This document shows, in pieces, positions 61,814 to 64,000 of a stretch of 64,000 nucleotides of DNA. The position numbers and the translations under genes are program-made. The DNA lies in contig CAVXKA010000001.1 in the NCBI GenBank assembly GCA_963762255.1, positions 1,280,001 through 1,344,000 on the forward strand, given 5' to 3'. The DNA is from Candidatus Eiseniibacteriota bacterium. GTDB taxonomy: Bacteria > Eisenbacteria > RBG-16-71-46 > JABDJR01. A model generated the notes under the pieces. That model made no database searches and had not been told where the DNA came from. It saw only the letters and a list, made by a program, of their open reading frames with translations. The stretch's first letter is position 1. Each line of letters begins with the position of its first letter.

Positions 61814-62576
61814 GTGATCCGAGTCATCGAAAGCGATAAGAACCCGCTCTTCAAGAGCTTGAAGCGCATCCTCGCGCCGCGCGGCATTCACAAGGAAGGA
61901 GAGGCGATCGTCGCCGGGCGGAAGCTCGTCGAGGAAACGCTGCGGGAGCTTCCCGGGCAGATCGCGGCGTGGATGACCGCGGGGGATGCAGACCCCGCCC
62001 CCCGAGGGCTCGCCGCACGGGATGGACTGGTATCAGCTCGCGCCGGCGCTCTTCCGCGAGGTCGATGTGTTCGGTACGCGCGCGCCGCTTCTCCTGGTGA
62101 ACGTGCCGCCGCTCCCGATCTGGGATCCCTCGGAGGGCCTCCCCGAGGGGACTTCGTTGCTCGTTCCCTTCCAGGATCCCGAGAACGTGGGGGCGACGAT
62201 TCGCTCGGCGGTGGCGTTCGGCGTCGATCAGGTCATCCTGCTCGAGGAGAGCGCGCACCCGTTCCATCCCAAGACGCTCCGCGCGTCCGGAGGTACGGTG
62301 CTGCGGGCGAAGCTCTTCGAGGGGCCGTCGATCAAGAAGTTGCAGGCCGCGCTCGACATCTTCCCGCTCTCGACGGAGGGGCGGAACATCTCGACGTTCA
62401 CGTTTCCGGAGCGGTTCGCACTCTTGCCCGGCCTCGAAGGGGAGGGCTTGCCGGAGGCCTGGCGATCGCGCGCACTGGCGATCCCGATTCGCCCGGAAGT
62501 GGAATCGCTCAACGCCGCGGCCGCGGTCGCAGTGGCGCTCTATGCTTGGTCGGTGTCGAAGGCCCGCCGCGGCTGA
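61814..62576 (+). CDS. TrmH/SpoU RNA methyltransferase, frameshift near 62000
   Basis: IESDKNPLFK, QDPENVGATIRSAVAFG, GLEGEGL, VESLNAAAA. Confidence 0.88.
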
Positions 62577-62591
62577 CGCGCCAACGAACCT

Positions 62592-64000
62592 CTACCGGGC
62601 CGCCCCCGCCTCCAGCTCGTCGGCCAGTCCCTTCATGTCGTACACCTTGCGCAGGGCTTCGATGATCCCGGCGGAGTGGACCGCCACGCAGCGGGCCTGG
62701 GCGTCATCGTAGGCGTAGTCCCATCGGAAGGCCTCGATGTTGCCGTCGAAGACTACCCCGACACATTCGCCGTCACGGTTGACCACAGGGCTGCCGGAGT
62801 TGCCGCCGATGATGTCGTCGGTCGTGACGAAGTTGATCGGGGTGGAGAGATCGAGATCGTCGCGATGCGTGATCCAGCTTGGCGGCAGGTCGAAGGGGTC
62901 GCGGCCGTCGAAGCTCGCCGACCGGCCGTAGAGGCTGTATAGCGTCGTCTTCCACGGCACCAGGGTCGTGCCCGATTCGTATCCCGCTACCTTCCCGTAA
63001 CTCAACCGCAAGGTGCCGGTGGCGTCGGGGTAGAGCGAGTCGCCTACCATGTGGAACAGGACGTGCGCGATCCGTCTCCCCTCGGTGGACTCCACGCTCT
63101 CGACACGGTCCTCGGTCCACGTGCGCAGCTCGCGGTACGGGGCGTCGAGCTTCCGCGCCCACTGAATGAGGGGATCCTCAGATGCCTCCACCGCGGCGCG
63201 GCCGCCTTCGATGAGGCTCTTGCGCACCGCCACGTCTGCGAGACGCGTGCCGGTGATCAGATCATGCGCGGCCGCCGCCGCCGTCTTTCCGCTCAGCGCC
63301 GCATTCACGAACGTATCGTCGGGGCCTAGCGCGTCGAGCATACCCTGCAGCGTCACGCCGAGGATGTACTCCTCCATGTCGGAGAAGACCGGCGCCCGCG
63401 AGAAGAGACGAAAGCGCTGGGAGGCGAGCTTGGGCTCGCGGAACTCGGACAGCCGCTCGCCGTCCGGCTTCTCCACTTCCGCGGTGTAGCGCACGATCGT
63501 GTTGGCGATGTCCACGAGGCGGCTCACCCGGCTCAGGTCGCGGTACTGCGATTCGCGGTTGCGCAGGGCCATCGCACTCCGTGCCCCAGCGATACGGTCC
63601 CAGGCGCCGCCGGCCTCTGCATTCCATTCCCGGTCGGCGGCCACGCGCGCACGCACCTCGTTCTCTCTCGCCCGCTTCGCCTCCATGAGCTTGGGGTCGG
63701 CGAGCACGTCGCGGAATCCGAAGAGACGCTTCTGACTGTTTTCCAGACCCTTGATGCGGTCCGCCGCCCGCCGCTCCTCTTCCGGTCCCCGCGCCGCGTA
63801 GTCGTAGTAGGCCTTGAGACGCAGCGTCTGGCGCTCGATGCGGATCGGGATGTCTTGATCGCGGTCGTACTCGATCTGGGCCACGGTCTTGAGACGCGCG
63901 GTGGAGCCGGGATGACCGGCGACGAAGACGGGCTCGCCTTCGTGCGGACCGGTGCGGCTCCAGGGAAGGTAGTCGGTGGAGTGTAGCGGTCCGCCGTTCT
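62592..64000 (-). CDS. S46-family dipeptidyl peptidase, 5'-truncated by the window edge
   Basis: FVAGHPGST, YPDATGTLRLSYG, DIIGGNSGSPV, FDGN. Confidence 0.92.
   Translation of the reverse strand, partial: NGGPLHSTDYLPWSRTGPHEGEPVFVAGHPGSTARLKTVAQIEYDRDQDIPIRIERQTLRLKAYYDYAARGPEEERRAADRIKGLENSQKRLFGFRDVLADPKLMEAKRARENEVRARVAADREWNAEAGGAWDRIAGARSAMALRNRESQYRDLSRVSRLVDIANTIVRYTAEVEKPDGERLSEFREPKLASQRFRLFSRAPVFSDMEEYILGVTLQGMLDALGPDDTFVNAALSGKTAAAAAHDLITGTRLADVAVRKSLIEGGRAAVEASEDPLIQWARKLDAPYRELRTWTEDRVESVESTEGRRIAHVLFHMVGDSLYPDATGTLRLSYGKVAGYESGTTLVPWKTTLYSLYGRSASFDGRDPFDLPPSWITHRDDLDLSTPINFVTTDDIIGGNSGSPVVNRDGECVGVVFDGNIEAFRWDYAYDDAQARCVAVHSAGIIEALRKVYDMKGLADELEAGAAR

Overview
High-GC bacterial window. 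Secreted proteins carrying FlgD-Ig or short 'S/T-W-G-R-x-K-x-x-Y' C-termini suggest an FCB-group candidate lineage such as Eisenbacteria or Krumholzibacteriota (inference only). Housekeeping and envelope part (about 1-35 kb): an OmpR-type two-component pair, an ExeA-SPOR ATPase, a TolB-like/TPR/Rdx/LpoB envelope cluster, parA, spoVG, a degenerate tyrosine recombinase, ArsR-cydAB, aroC, an HNH protein and a Cus-type metal efflux operon. Accessory part (about 35-49.4 kb): mostly secreted proteins in mixed orientation. The rest holds an ABC/M1-peptidase pair, an MNT-HEPN toxin-antitoxin-like pair, glgB, a large modular secreted metalloprotease, TrmH and an S46 peptidase. Main observations: (1) a selenoprotein missed by the ORF track (CxxU with a SECIS-like hairpin); (2) three unrelated secreted proteins sharing a short C-terminal motif, a candidate sorting or anchoring signal; (3) a ~74-bp repeat in three co-oriented copies with one gene between each pair, a cassette-like array with a recombinase-site-like core; (4) abrupt G/C skew switches inside two genes. 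Many single-base frameshifts are most likely sequencing indels. I saw no CRISPR array, rRNA or intact tRNA.
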